A DNA stretch of 64,000 nt from the human T2T-CHM13v2.0 reference genome, Homo sapiens. The translations under genes were made by a program, and so were the position numbers. How positions within the stretch are numbered: the stretch's first letter is position 1; each line of letters opens with the position of its first letter. Below the pieces are notes generated by a model, which saw only the letters and a program-made list of their open reading frames with translations, did no database searches and was not told where the DNA came from. This document shows positions 27,901 through 42,838 of this stretch, one piece after another. Location: assembly GCF_009914755.1 (NCBI RefSeq), contig NC_060948.1; one strand, written 5' to 3'.

Positions 27901-28522
27901 AGTGGACTCGAATATAATGGACTGGAATGGAATGAAATCACATGGAATGGGAACGAATGGAATGGAATGGAAAGGAATGGAATCGAATGGAAAGGAATCG
28001 AATGGAAGGGAATGAAATTGAATCAACACGAATGGAAGGGAATAGAATACACTGTAATGGAATGGACTCGAATAGAATGGACACGAATGCTCAAATTAAA
28101 TGGACTCGAATGGAATGGAAACGAAAGGAATGTCATCGAATGGAATTGAATCGATTGGAATGAAATAGCATAGAATGGAGTGGAATCAAATGGAATTGAA
28201 TCGAAAGGAAAGGAAGCGAATGGACTGAAATGAAATGGAATGGAATTGAATGGAAAGTAATGCAATGGAATAGAATGGAACGAAATTTCACGGAATGGAA
28301 TCAAACTGAATGGAATCAAATCAATGGAATCAAATCAAATGGAATGGAAAGGAATTGAATGGAGTAGATGGGATTGGATGGGATTGGAATGAAATGTACT
28401 GGAAAGGACTCGAATTTCATGAAACGGAATGGAATGAATTGGAACGGAATGGACTCGAATGGAATGGAATGTCATGGGATGGCATCAAATGGAATGACAT
28501 CAAATGGAATGGAATCGAATGC
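24939..28522 (+). repeat. DYZ1 unit 8 (3584 bp), type Y
   Basis: +25 bp tract; AGATTCT (25175), TCGCAAGG (26785), GAATTAAAT (27713), AAATAGCAT (28167). Confidence 0.9.
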
Positions 28523-31500
28523 AATGGAATGCTATGGAATGGAATGGAATGCATTGGAATGGAATGTCCTCTAATGGAATGGATTCGAGTGGAATGGAAT
28601 TGAATATAATGGAGTCGAATGAAATGGAATTGAAAGGAATGGGATCGAATACAATGGAATACACTGGAATGTAACGTAATGAACTCGAATGTAATTGACT
28701 GGAATGGAATGTACATGAATGGAATGTAATCGAATGGAAAGTAATCCAATGGAATAGAATCTAATGCAATAAAATCGACTCAGATAGAGTAGAATGTAAT
28801 GGAATGGAGTGCAGTGCAATGGAATGGAATGGAATGGAATGCAATGGAATGCAATGGAATGGAATGGAATGGAATGGAATGGAATGGAATGGAATGGGAT
28901 GGAATGGTATGGAATGGATAGTAATGGACTGGAGTGAAATGGACTGGAAAGGAATGGACTCAAATTGAAAGGGCTCGAAAGGAATGGAGTCAAATGGAAT
29001 GGTCTGGAATGGAATGAACACGAATGTAATGCAACCCAATAGAATGGAATCGAATGGCATGGAATATAAAGAAATGGAATCGAAGAGAATGGAAACAAAT
29101 GGAATGGAATTGAATGGAATGGAATTGAATGGAATGGGAACGAATGGAGTGAAATTGTATGCAGTAGAAGAGAATAGAATGGAATGCAAGCGAAAGGAAA
29201 GGAATGGATTGGAATGGAATGGAATTCATTGGAATGGAAGGGAATGTAGTGTAATGGACAGGCCTGGAATAAAGTGGAATGCTACGGTCTCGAATGGAAT
29301 AAAAATGTATGGAATGGAATGCAATGAAACGGAATCGAATGTCATAGAATGTAATGGAATGCAAAAAAATGGAATCCAAAATCATTGACTGGAAAGGCTG
29401 GGTGTCGAAAGGAATTGACTCCAATGGAATGGAATCGAATGGAATGGAAGTGAATAGAATCGAACTAAATCGAATGGAATGGAATTGATAGGAACGGAAT
29501 GGAAAGGAATGCAATGATTTGGCATGGAATGGAATCGAATGGCATCGAATGGAATGGAATGGAATGCAATGGAATGGAATGTATTAGAATGTAATGAACT
29601 TTAATGGAATGTACTCGAATGGATTCGACTGGAATGGAATGTTCTGGAAGTGAATGGACTCCAATGGAATGGATTCAAAAGGAATGGAATCGTACGGAAT
29701 GGAATCTAATGGAATGGAATTAAATGGAAATGAATCAAATTGAATAGCACGGAATTGAATTGAATGGAATGGAATGCAATGGAATCTAATGAAACGGAAA
29801 GGAAAGGAATGGAATGGAATGGAATGGGCTGGAATGGAAAGGAATCGAAACGAATGGAATGGAATCGAAGTGAAGAGACTGGAATGGAATGCACTGGAAT
29901 GGAAGGGAGTGTAATGGAAGGTTCTCGAAAAAAATGGAATCGAATGGAATGGAATTGAATGCAACGGAATAGAGTCGAATGGAATTGAATGGAATGGAAT
30001 GGACTAGAGTGAAATGGAATCGAACCACAAGGAATGGACAGGAATAGAATGGTCTCGAATTGAATGGAATCGTATGGAATGGCATCAAACGGAATGGAAT
30101 GGACAGCCACGGAATGGAATGCACTCGAATGCAATGGAGTCGAAACTAATGGACTGGAATAGAATGGACTCGACTGGTACGGACTCCAATGGAATGGAAT
30201 CGAATGGAAGGGAATCGAACGGAATGGAATCGAACGGAATGGACTCGAAGGGAAAAGACTGCAATGGAAAGGTCTCGAATGGAATGGAAATTAATGGAAT
30301 GGAATGGAATCGAATGAAATGGAGTCAAAAGGAATGGAATCGAATGGCAAGAAATCGAATGTAATGGAATCGCCAGGAATTGATGTGAACGGAACGGAAT
30401 GGAATGGAATCCAAAGGAATGGAATAGAATGGAATGGAATCGAATGGAAAGGACTCGAATGGAAATCACTCGAATAGAATGCAATTTAATAAAATAGGAT
30501 CAAATGTAATGGAATGGAATGGAAAGGAATCGAAACGAAAGGAATGGAGACAGATGGAATGGAATGGAACAGAGAGCAATGGTATAGAATGGAATGGAAT
30601 CATCTGGAATGGAATTGAATGGAATGGAATAATATGAAATGGAATGGAATGGAATGGAATGGAATGCCCTTGAATTAAATGGACTGGAATGGAATGGACT
30701 CAAACAGAGTGGAATGGAAAGTGTGGAGATAGAATGGAATGAACTCCTTTGGAATGGTGTAGTATGCAATGCAATCGACTGGCAGGGAATCAAAAGGAAT
30801 GTAATCGAATGGATTGGACTGGAATGCAATGGACTCGAATAGATTGGAAACGGAATGCAAAGGAATGGAATGGAATAGTATGGAATGCAATGGAAGGGAA
30901 TGGAGTGGAATAGACTAGAGTGGAATGGAATGGACTGGAAAGCAATGGACTGGAATGGAACTTTCTTGGATGGACTGGAATCAAACGGAATGGAATGCAA
31001 TGCAATCAAATGGCATGGAATAAAATAGAATGAAAGAGAATCAAATGGAATTGAATCGAATGGAATCGAATGGATTGGAAAGGAATAGAATGGAATGGAA
31101 TGGAATTGACTCAAATGGAATGGACTAGAATGGAATGGATTCGAACGGAAGGCAAAGGAATGGAATCTATTGGAATGGACTGTAATGGAATGGAATGGAA
31201 GGGATTGGAATGGACTCGAATGGAATGGACTGCAATAGAAAGGATTCGAATGGAATGAAAAAGAATTGAATGGAATAGAACAGAATGGAATCAAATCGAA
31301 TGAAATGGAATGGAATAGAAAGGAATGGAATGAAATGGAATGGAAAGGATTCGAATGGAATGCAATCGAATGGAATGGAATCGAACGGAATGGAATAAAA
31401 TGGAAGAAAACTGGCAAGAAATGGAATCGAAATGAATGGAGTGTTATGGAACGGACTCAAAAGGAATTGAATGTAATAGAATGGAGTGGAGTGGACTCGA

Positions 31501-34500
31501 ATATAATGGACTGGAATGGAATGAAATCACATGGAATGGGAACGAATGGAATGGAATGGAAAGGAATGGAATCGAATGGAAAGGAATCGAATGGAAGGGA
31601 ATGAAATTGAATCAACACGAATGGAAGGGAATAGAATAGACTGTAATGGAATGGACTCGAATAGAATGGACACGAATGCTCAAATTAAATGGACTCGAAT
31701 GGAATGGAAACGAAAGGAATGTCATCGAATGGAATTGAATCGATTGGAATGAAATCGCATAGAATGGAGTGGAATCAAATGGAATTGAATCGAAAGGAAA
31801 GGAAGCGAATGGACTGAAATGAAATGGAATGGAATTGAATGGAAAGTAATGCAATGGAATAGAATGGAACGAAATTTCACGGAATGGAATCAAACTGAAT
31901 GGAATCAAATCAATGGAATCAAATCAAATGGAATGGAAAGGAATTGAATGGAGTAGATGGGATTGGATGGGATTGGAATGAAATGTACTGGAAAGGACTC
32001 GAATTTCATGAAACGGAATGGAATGAATTGGAACGGAATGGACTCGAATGGAATGGAATGTCATGGGATGGCATCAAATGGAATGACATCAAATGGAATG
32101 GAATCGAATGCAATGGAATGCTATGGAATGGAATGGAATGCATTGGAATGGAATGTCCTCTAATGGAATGGATTCGAGTGGAATGGAATTGAATATAATG
32201 GAGTCGAATGAAATGGAATTGAAAGGAATGGGATCGAATACAATGGAATACACTGGAATGTAACGTAATGAACTCGAATGTAATTGACTGGAATGGAATG
32301 TACATGAATGGAATGTAATCGAATGGAAAGTAATCCAATGGAATAGAATCTAATGCAATAAAATCGACTCAGATAGAGTAGAATGTAATGGAATGGAGTG
32401 CAGTGCAATGGAATGGAATGGAATGGAATGCAATGGAATGCAATGGAATGGAATGGAATGGAATGGAATGGAATGGAATGGAATGGGATGGAATGGTATG
32501 GAATGGATAGTAATGGACTGGAGTGAAATGGACTGGAAAGGAATGGACTCAAATTGAAAGGGCTCGAAAGGAATGGAGTCAAATGGAATGGTCTGGAATG
32601 GAATGAACACGAATGTAATGCAACCCAATAGAATGGAATCGAATGGCATGGAATATAAAGAAATGGAATCGAAGAGAATGGAAACAAATGGAATGGAATT
32701 GAATGGAATGGAATTGAATGGAATGGGAACGAATGGAGTGAAATTGTATGCAGTAGAAGAGAATAGAATGGAATGCAAGCGAAAGGAAAGGAATGGATTG
32801 GAATGGAATGGAATTCATTGGAATGGAAGGGAATGTAGTGTAATGGACAGGCCTGGAATAAAGTGGAATGCTACGGTCTCGAATGGAATAAAAATGTATG
32901 GAATGGAATGCAATGAAACGGAATCGAATGTCATAGAATGTAATGGAATGCAAAAAAATGGAATCCAAAATCATTGACTGGAAAGGCTGGGTGTCGAAAG
33001 GAATTGACTCCAATGGAATGGAATCGAATGGAATGGAAGTGAATAGAATCGAACTAAATCGAATGGAATGGAATTGATAGGAACGGAATGGAAAGGAATG
33101 CAATGATTTGGCATGGAATGGAATCGAATGGCATCGAATGGAATGGAATGGAATGCAATGGAATGGAATGTATTAGAATGTAATGAACTTTAATGGAATG
33201 TACTCGAATGGATTCGACTGGAATGGAATGTTCTGGAAGTGAATGGACTCCAATGGAATGGATTCAAAAGGAATGGAATCGTACGGAATGGAATCTAATG
33301 GAATGGAATTAAATGGAAATGAATCAAATTGAATAGCACGGAATTGAATTGAATGGAATGGAATGCAATGGAATCTAATGAAACGGAAAGGAAAGGAATG
33401 GAATGGAATGGAATGGGCTGGAATGGAAAGGAATCGAAACGAATGGAATGGAATCGAACTGAAGAGACTGGAATGGAATGCACTGGAATGGAAGGGAGTG
33501 TAATGGAAGGTTCTCGAAAAAAATGGAATCGAATGGAATGGAATTGAATGGAACGGAATAGAGTCGAATGGAATTGAATGGAATGGAATGGACTAGAGTG
33601 AAATGGAATCGAACCACAAGGAATGGACAGGAATAGAATGGTCTCGAATTGAATGGAATCGTATGGAATGGCATCAAACGGAATGGAATGGACAGCCACG
33701 GAATGGAATGCACTCGAATGCAATGGAGTCGAAACTAATGGACTGGAATAGAATGGACTCGACTGGTACGGACTCCAATGGAATGGAATCGAATGGAAGG
33801 GAATCGAACGGAATGGAATCGAACGGAATGGACTCGAAGGGAAAAGACTGCAATGGAAAGGTCTCGAATGGAATGGAAATTAATGGAATGGAATGGAATC
33901 GAATGAAATGGAGTCAAAAGGAATGGAATCGAATGGCAAGAAATCGAATGTAATGGAATCGCCAGGAATTGATGTGAACGGAACGGAATGGAATGGAATC
34001 CAAAGGAATGGAATAGAATGGAATGGAATCGAATGGAAAGGACTCGAATGGAAATCACTCGAATAGAATGCAATTTAATAAAATAGGATCAAATGTAATG
34101 GAATGGAATGGAAAGGAATCGAAACGAAAGGAATGGAGACAGATGGAATGGAATGGAACAGAGAGCAATGGTATAGAATGGAATGGAATCATCTGGAATG
34201 GAATTGAATGGAATGGAATAATATGAAATGGAATGGAATGGAATGGAATGGAATGCCCTTGAATTAAATGGACTGGAATGGAATGGACTCAAACAGAGTG
34301 GAATGGAAAGTGTGGAGATAGAATGGAATGAACTCCTTTGGAATGGTGTAGTATGCAATGCAATCGACTGGCAGGGAATCAAAAGGAATGTAATCGAATG
34401 GATTGGACTGGAATGCAATGGACTCGAATAGATTGGAAACGGAATGCAAAGGAATGGAATGGAATAGTATGGAATGCAATGGAAGGGAATGGAGTGGAAT

Positions 34501-35700
34501 AGACTAGAGTGGAATGGAATGGACTGGAAAGCAATGGACTGGAATGGAACTTTCTTGGATGGACTGGAATCAAACGGAATGGAATGCAATGCAATCAAAT
34601 GGCATGGAATAAAATAGAATGAAAGAGAATCAAATGGAATTGAATCGAATGGAATCGAATGGATTGGAAAGGAATAGAATGGAATGGAATGGAATTGACT
34701 CAAATGGAATGGACTAGAATGGAATGGATTCGAACGGAAGGCAAAGGAATGGAATCTATTGGAATGGACTGTAATGGAATGGAATGGAAGGGATTGGAAT
34801 GGACTCGAATGGAATGGACTGCAATAGAAAGGATTCGAATGGAATGAAAAAGAATTGAATGGAATAGAACAGAATGGAATCAAATCGAATGAAATGGAAT
34901 GGAATAGAAAGGAATGGAATGAAATGGAATGGAAAGGATTCGAATGGAATGCAATCGAATGGAATGGAATCGAACGGAATGGAATAAAATGGAAGAAAAC
35001 TGGCAAGAAATGGAATCGAAATGAATGGAGTGTTATGGAACGGACTCAAAAGGAATTGAATGTAATAGAATGGAGTGGAGTGGACTCGAATATAATGGAC
35101 TGGAATGGAATGAAATCACATGGAATGGGAACGAATGGAATGGAATGGAAAGGAATGGAATCGAATGGAAAGGAATCGAATGGAAGGGAATGAAATTGAA
35201 TCAACACGAATGGAAGGGAATAGAATAGACTGTAATGGAATGGACTCGAATAGAATGGACACGAATGCTCAAATTAAATGGACTCGAATGGAATGGAAAC
35301 GAAAGGAATGTCATCGAATGGAATTGAATCGATTGGAATGAAATCGCATAGAATGGAGTGGAATCAAATGGAATTGAATCGAAAGGAAAGGAAGCGAATG
35401 GACTGAAATGAAATGGAATGGAATTGAATGGAAAGTAATGCAATGGAATAGAATGGAACGAAATTTCACGGAATGGAATCAAACTGAATGGAATCAAATC
35501 AATGGAATCAAATCAAATGGAATGGAAAGGAATTGAATGGAGTAGATGGGATTGGATGGGATTGGAATGAAATGTACTGGAAAGGACTCGAATTTCATGA
35601 AACGGAATGGAATGAATTGGAACGGAATGGACTGGAATGGAATGGAATGTCATGGGATGGCATCAAATGGAATGACATCAAATGGAATGGAATCGAATGC
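28523..35700 (+). repeat. DYZ1 units 9 and 10 (2 x 3589 bp; starts 28523, 32112), type Z
   Basis: Both have ATACACTGG, a tract with an extra GCAAT, the AACGGAATGG allele (30225, 33814) and TTCGAACGG (31146, 34735). Confidence 0.9.
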
Positions 35701-38700
35701 AATGGAATGCTATGGAATGGAATGGAATGCATTGGAATGGAATGTCCGCTAATGGAATGGATTCGAGTGGAATGGAATTGAATATAATGGAGTCGAATGA
35801 AATGGAATTGAAAGGAATGGGATCGAATACAATGGAATATACTGGAATGTAACGTAATGAACTCGAATGTAATTGACTGGAATGGAATGTACATGAATGG
35901 AATGTAATCGAATGGAAAGTAATCCAATGGAATAGAATCTAATGCAATAAAATCGACTCAGATAGAGTAGAATGTAATGGAATGGAGTGCAGTGCAATGG
36001 AATGGAATGGAATGGAATGCAATGGAATGGAATGGAATGGAATGGGATGGAATGGTATGGAATGGATAGTAATAGACTGGAGTGAAATGGACTGGAAAGG
36101 AATGGACTCAAATTGAAAGGGCTCGAAAGGAATGGAGTCAAATGGAATGGTCTGGAATGGAATGAACACGAATGTAATGCAACCCAATAGAATGGAATCG
36201 AATGGCATGGAATATAAAGAAATGGAATCGAAGAGAATGGAAACAAATGGAATGGAATTGAATGGAATGGAATTGAATGGAATGGGAACGAATGGAGTGA
36301 AATTGTATGCAGTAGAAGAGAATAGAATGGAATGCAAGCGAAAGGAAAGGAATGGATTGGAATGGAATGGAATTCATTGGAATGGAAGGGAATGTAGTGT
36401 AATGGACAGGCCTGGAATAAAGTGGAATGCTACGGTCTCGAATGGAATAAAAATGTATGGAATGGAATGCAATGAAACGGAATCGAATGTCATAGAATGT
36501 AATGGAATGCAAAAAAATGGAATCCAAAATCATTGACTGGAAAGGCTGGGTGTCGAAAGGAATTGACTCCAATGGAATGGAATCGAATGGAATGGAAGTG
36601 AATAGAATCGAACTAAATCGAATGGAATGGAATTGATAGGAACGGAATGGAAAAGAATGCAATGATTTGGCATGGAATGGAATCGAATGGCATCGAATGG
36701 AATGGAATGGAATGCAATGGAATGGAATGTATTAGAATGGAATGAACTTTAATGGAATGTACTCGAATGGATTCGACTGGAATGGAATGTTCTGGAAGTG
36801 AATGGACTCCAATGGAATGGATTCAAAAGGAATGGAATCGTACGGAATGGAATCTAATGGAATGGAATTAAATGGAAATGAATCAAATTGAATAGCACGG
36901 AATTGAATTGAATGGAATGGAATGCAATGGAATCTAATGAAACGGAAAGGAAAGGAATGGAATGGAATGGAATGGGCTGGAATGGAAAGGAATCGAAACG
37001 AATGGAATGGAATCGAAGTGAAGAGACTGGAATGGAATGCACTGGAATGGAAGGGAGTGTAATGGAAGGTTCTCGAAAAAAATGGAATCGAATGGAATGG
37101 AATTGAATGGAACGGAATAGAGTCGAATGGAATTGAATGGAATGGAATGGACTAGAGTGAAATGGAATCGAACCACAAGGAATGGACAGGAATAGAATGG
37201 TCTCGAATTGAATGGAATCGTATGGAATGGCATCAAACGGAATGGAATGGACAGCCACGGAATGGAATGCACTCGAATGCAATGGAGTCGAAACTAATGG
37301 ACTGGAATAGAATGGACTCGACTGGTACGGACTCCAATGGAATGGAATCGAATGGAAGGGAATCGAACGGAAGGGAATCGAACGGAATGGACTCGAAGGG
37401 AAAAGACTGCAATGGAAAGGTCTCGAATGGAATGGAAATTAATGGAATGGAATGGAATCGAATGAAATGGAGTCAAAAGGAATGGAATCGAATGGCAAGA
37501 AATCGAATGTAATGGAATCGCCAGGAATTGATGTGAACGGAACGGAATGGAATGGAATCCAAAGGAATGGAATAGAATGGAATGGAATCGAATGGAAAGG
37601 ACTCGAATGGAAATCACTCGAATAGAATGCAATTTAATAAAATAGGATCAAATGTAATGGAATGGAATGGAAAGGAATCGAAACGAAAGGAATGGAGACA
37701 GATGGAATGGAATGGAACAGAGAGCAATGGTATAGAATGGAATGGAATCATCTGGAATGGAATTGAATGGAATGGAATAATATGAAATGGAATGGAATGG
37801 AATGGAATGGAATGCCCTTGAATTAAATGGACTGGAATGGAATGGACTCAAACAGAGTGGAATGGAAAGTGTGGAGATAGAATGGAATGAACTCCTTTGG
37901 AATGGTGTAGTATGCAATGCAATCGACTGGCAGGGAATCAAAAGGAATGTAATCGAATGGATTGGACTGGAATGCAATGGACTCGAATAGATTGTAAACG
38001 GAATGCAAAGGAATGGAATGGAATAGTATGGAATGCAATGGAAGGGAATGGAGTGGAATAGACTAGAGTGGAATGGAATGGACTGGAAAGCACTGGACTG
38101 GAATGGAACTTTCTTGGATGGACTGGAATCAAACGGAATGGAATGCAATGCAATCAAATGGCATGGAATAAAATAGAATGAAAGAGAATCAAATGGAATT
38201 GAATCGAATGGAATCGAATGGATTGGAAAGGAATAGAATGGAATGGAATGGAATTGACTCAAATGGAATGGACTAGAATGGAATGGATTCGAATGGAAGG
38301 CAAAGGAATGGAATCTATTGGAATGGACTGTAATGGAATGGAATGGAAGGGATTGGAATGGACTCGAATGGAATGGACTGCAATAGAAAGGATTCGAATG
38401 GAATGAAAAAGAATTGAATGGAATAGAACAGAATGGAATCAAATCGAATGAAATGGAATGGAATAGAAAGGAATGGAATGAAATGGAATGGAAAGGATTC
38501 GAATGGAATGCAATCGAATGGAATGGAATCGAACGGAATGGAATAAAATGGAAGAAAACTGGCAAGAAATGGAATCGAAATGAATGGAGTGTTATGGAAC
38601 GGACTCAAAAGGAATTGAATGTAATAGAATGGAGTGGAGTGGACTCGAATATAATGGACTGGAATGGAATGAAATCACATGGAATGGGAACGAATGGAAT

Positions 38701-39259
38701 GGAATGGAAAGGAATGGAATCGAATGGAAAGGAATCGAATGGAAGGGAATGAAATTGAATCAACACGAATGGAAGGGAATAGAATAGACTGTAATGGAAT
38801 GGACTCGAATAGAATGGACACGAATGCTCAAATTAAATGGACTCGAATTGAATGGAAACGAAAGGAATGTCATCGAATGGAATTGAATCGATTGGAATGA
38901 AATCGCATAGAATGGAGTGGAATCAAATGGAATTGAATCGAAAGGAAAGGAAGCGAATGGACTGAAATGAAATGGAATGGAATTGAATGGAAAGTAATGC
39001 AATGGAATAGAATGGAACGAAATTTCACGGAATGGAATCAAACTGAATGGAATCAAATCAATGGAATCAAATCAAATGGAATGGAAAGGAATTGAATGGA
39101 GTAGATGGGATTGGATGGGATTGGAATGAAATGTACTGGAAAGGACTCGAATTTCATGAAACGGAATGGAATGAATTGGAACGGAATGGACTCGAATGGA
39201 ATGGAATGTCATGGGATGGCATCAAATGGAATGGCATCAAATGGAATGGAATCGAATGC
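35701..39259 (+). repeat. DYZ1 unit 11 (3559 bp), type X
   Basis: GTCCGCTA (35748), ATTGTAAAC (37995), AAGCACTGG (38093), as in unit 7. Confidence 0.9.
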
Positions 39260-42200
39260 AATGGAATGCTATGGAATGGAATGGAATGCATTGGAATGGA
39301 ATGTCCTCTAATGGAATGGATTCGAGTGGAATGGAATTGAATATAATGGAGTCGAATGAAATGGAATTGAAAGGAATGGGATCGAATACAATGGAATATA
39401 CTGGAATGTAACGTAATGAACTCGAATGTAATTGACTGGAATGGAATGTACATGAATGGAATGTAATCGAATGGAAAGTAATCCAATGGAATAGATTCTA
39501 ATGCAATAAAATCGACTCAGATAGAGTAGAATGTAATGGAATGGAGTGCAGTGCAATGGAATGGAATGGAATGGAATGCAATGGAATGGAATGGAATGGA
39601 ATGGAATGGAATGGAATGGAATGGGATGGAATGGTATGGAATGGATAGTAATGGACTGGAGTGAAATGGACTGGAAAGGAATGGACTCAAATTGAAAGGG
39701 CTCGAAAGGAATGGAGTCAAATGGAATGGTCTGGAATGGAATGAACACGAATGTAATGCAACCCAATAGAATGGAATCGAATGGCATGGAATATAAAGAA
39801 ATGGAATCGAAGAGAATGGAAACAAAGGGAATGGAATTGAATGGAATGGAATTGAATGGAATGGGAACGAATGGAGTGAAATTGTATGCAGTAGAAGAGA
39901 ATAGAATGGAATGCAAGCGAAAGGAAAGGAATGGATTGGAATGGAATGGAATTCATTGGAATGGAAGGGAATGTAGTGTAATGGACAGGCCTGGAATAAA
40001 GTGGAATGCTACGGTCTCGAATGGAATAAAAATGTATGGAATGGAATGCAATGAAACGGAATCGAATGTCATAGAATGTAATGGAATGCAAAAAAATGGA
40101 ATCCAAAATCATTGACTGGAAAGGCTGGGTGTCGAAAGGAATTGACTCCAATGGAATGGAATCGAATGGAATGGAAGTGAATAGAATCGAACTAAATCTA
40201 ATGGAATGGAATTGATAGGAACGGAATGGAAAGGAATGCAATGATTTGGCATGGAATGGAATCGAATGGCATCGAATGGAATGGAATGGAATGCAATGGA
40301 ATGGAATGTATTAGAATGTAATGAACTTTAATGGAATGTACTCGAATGGATTCGACTGGAATGGAATGTTCTGGAAGTGAATGGACTCCAATGGAATGGA
40401 TTCAAAAGGAATGGAATCGTACGGAATGGAATCTAATGGAATGGAATTAAATGGAAATGAATCAAATTGAATAGCACGGAATTGAATTGAATGGAATGGA
40501 ATGCAATGGAATCTAATGAAACGGAAAGGAAAGGAATGGAATGGAATGGAATGGGCTGGAATGGAAAGGAATCGAAACGAATGGAATGGAATCGAAGTGA
40601 AGAGACTGGAATGGAATGCACTGGAATGGAAGGGAGTGTAATGGAAGGTTCTCGAAAAAAATGGAATCGAATGGAATGGAATTGAATGGAACGGAATAGA
40701 GTCGAATGGAATTGAATGGAATGGAATGGACTAGAGTGAAATGGAATCGAACCACAAGGAATGGACAGGAATAGAATGGTCTCGAATTGAATGGAATCGT
40801 ATGGAATGGCATCAAACGGAATGGAATGGACAGCCACGGAATGGAATGCACTCGAATGCAATGGAGTCGAAACTAATGGACTGGAATAGAATGGACTCGA
40901 CTGGTACGGACTCCAATGGAATGGAATCGAATGGAAGGGAATCGAACGGAAGGGAATCGAACGGAATGGACTCGAAGGGAAAAGACTGCAATGGAAAGGT
41001 CTCGAATGGAATGGAAATTAATGGAATGGAATGGAATCGAATGAAATGGAGTCAAAAGGAATGGAATCGAATGGCAAGAAATCGAATGTAATGGAATCGC
41101 AAGGAATTGATGTGAACGGAACGGAATGGAATGGAATCCAAAGGAATGGAATAGAATGGAATGGAATCGAATGGAAAGGACTCGAATGGAAATCACTCGA
41201 ATAGAATGCAATTTAATAAAATAGGATCAAATGTAATGGAATGGAATGGAAAGGAATCGAAACGAAAGGAATGGAGACAGATGGAATGGAATGGAACAGA
41301 GAGCAATGGTATAGAATGGAATGGAATCATCTGGAATGGAATTGAATGGAATGGAATAATATGAAATGGAATGGAATGGAATGGAATGGAATGCCCTTGA
41401 ATTAAATGGACTGGAATGGAATGGACTCAAACAGAGTGGAATGGAAAGTGTGGAGATAGAATGGAATGAACTCCTTTGGAATGGTGTAGTATGCAATGCA
41501 ATCGACTGGCAGGGAATCAAAAGGAATGTAATCGAATGGATTGGACTGGAATGCAATGGACTCGAATAGATTGGAAACGGAATGCAAAGGAATGGAATGG
41601 AATAGTATGGAATGCAATGGAAGGGAATGGAGTGGAATAGACTAGAGTGGAATGGAATGGACTGGAAAGCAATGGACTGGAATGGAACTTTCTTGGATGG
41701 ACTGGAATCAAACGGAATGGAATGCAGTGCAATCAAATGGCATGGAATAAAATAGAATGAAAGAGAATCAAATGGAATTGAATCGAATGGAATCGAATGG
41801 ATTGGAAAGGAATAGAATGGAATGGAATGGAATTGACTCAAATGGAATGGACTAGAATGGAATGGATTCGAATGGAAGGCAAAGGAATGGAATCTATTGG
41901 AATGGACTGTAATGGAATGGAATGGAAGGGATTGGAATGGACTCGAATGGAATGGACTGCAATAGAAAGGATTCGAATGGAATGAAAAAGAATTGAATGG
42001 AATAGAACAGAATGGAATCAAATCGAATTAAATGGAATGGAATAGAAAGGAATGGAATGAAATGGAATGGAAAGGATTCGAATGGAATGCAATCGAATGG
42101 AATGGAATCGAACGGAATGGAATAAAATGGAAGAAAACTGGCAAGAAATGGAATCGAAATGAATGGAGTGTTATGGAACGGACTCAAAAGGAATTGAATG

Positions 42201-42838
42201 TAATAGAATGGAGTGGAGTGGACTCGAATATAATGGACTGGAATGGAATGAAATCACATGGAATGGGAACGAATGGAATGGAATGGAAAGGAATGGAATC
42301 GAATGGAAAGGAATCGAATGGAAGGGAATGAAATTGAATCAACACGAATGGAAGGGAATAGAATAGACTGTAATGGAATGGACTCGAATAGAATGGACAC
42401 GAATGCTCAAATTAAATGGACTCGAATGGAATGGAAACGAAAGGAATGTCATCGAATGGAATTGAATCGATTGGAATGAAATAGCATAGAATGGAGTGGA
42501 ATCAAATGGAATTGAATCGAAAGGAAAGGAAGCGAATGGACTGAAATGAAATGGAATGGAATTGAATGGAAAGTAATGCAATGGAATAGAATGGAACGAA
42601 ATTTCACGGAATGGAATCAAACTGAATGGAATCAAATCAATGGAATCAAATCAAATGGAATGGAAAGGAATTGAATGGAGTAGATGGGATTGGATGGGAT
42701 TGGAATGAAATGTACTGGAAAGGACTCGAATTTCATGAAACGGAATGGAATGAATTGGAACGGAATGGACTCGAATGGAATGGAATGTCATGGGATGGCA
42801 TCAAATGGAATGACATCAAATGGAATGGAATCGAATGC
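39260..42838 (+). repeat. DYZ1 unit 12 (3579 bp), type Y
   Basis: +20 bp tract; the same four Y alleles as unit 8 at 39496, 41101, 42029, 42483. Confidence 0.9.
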
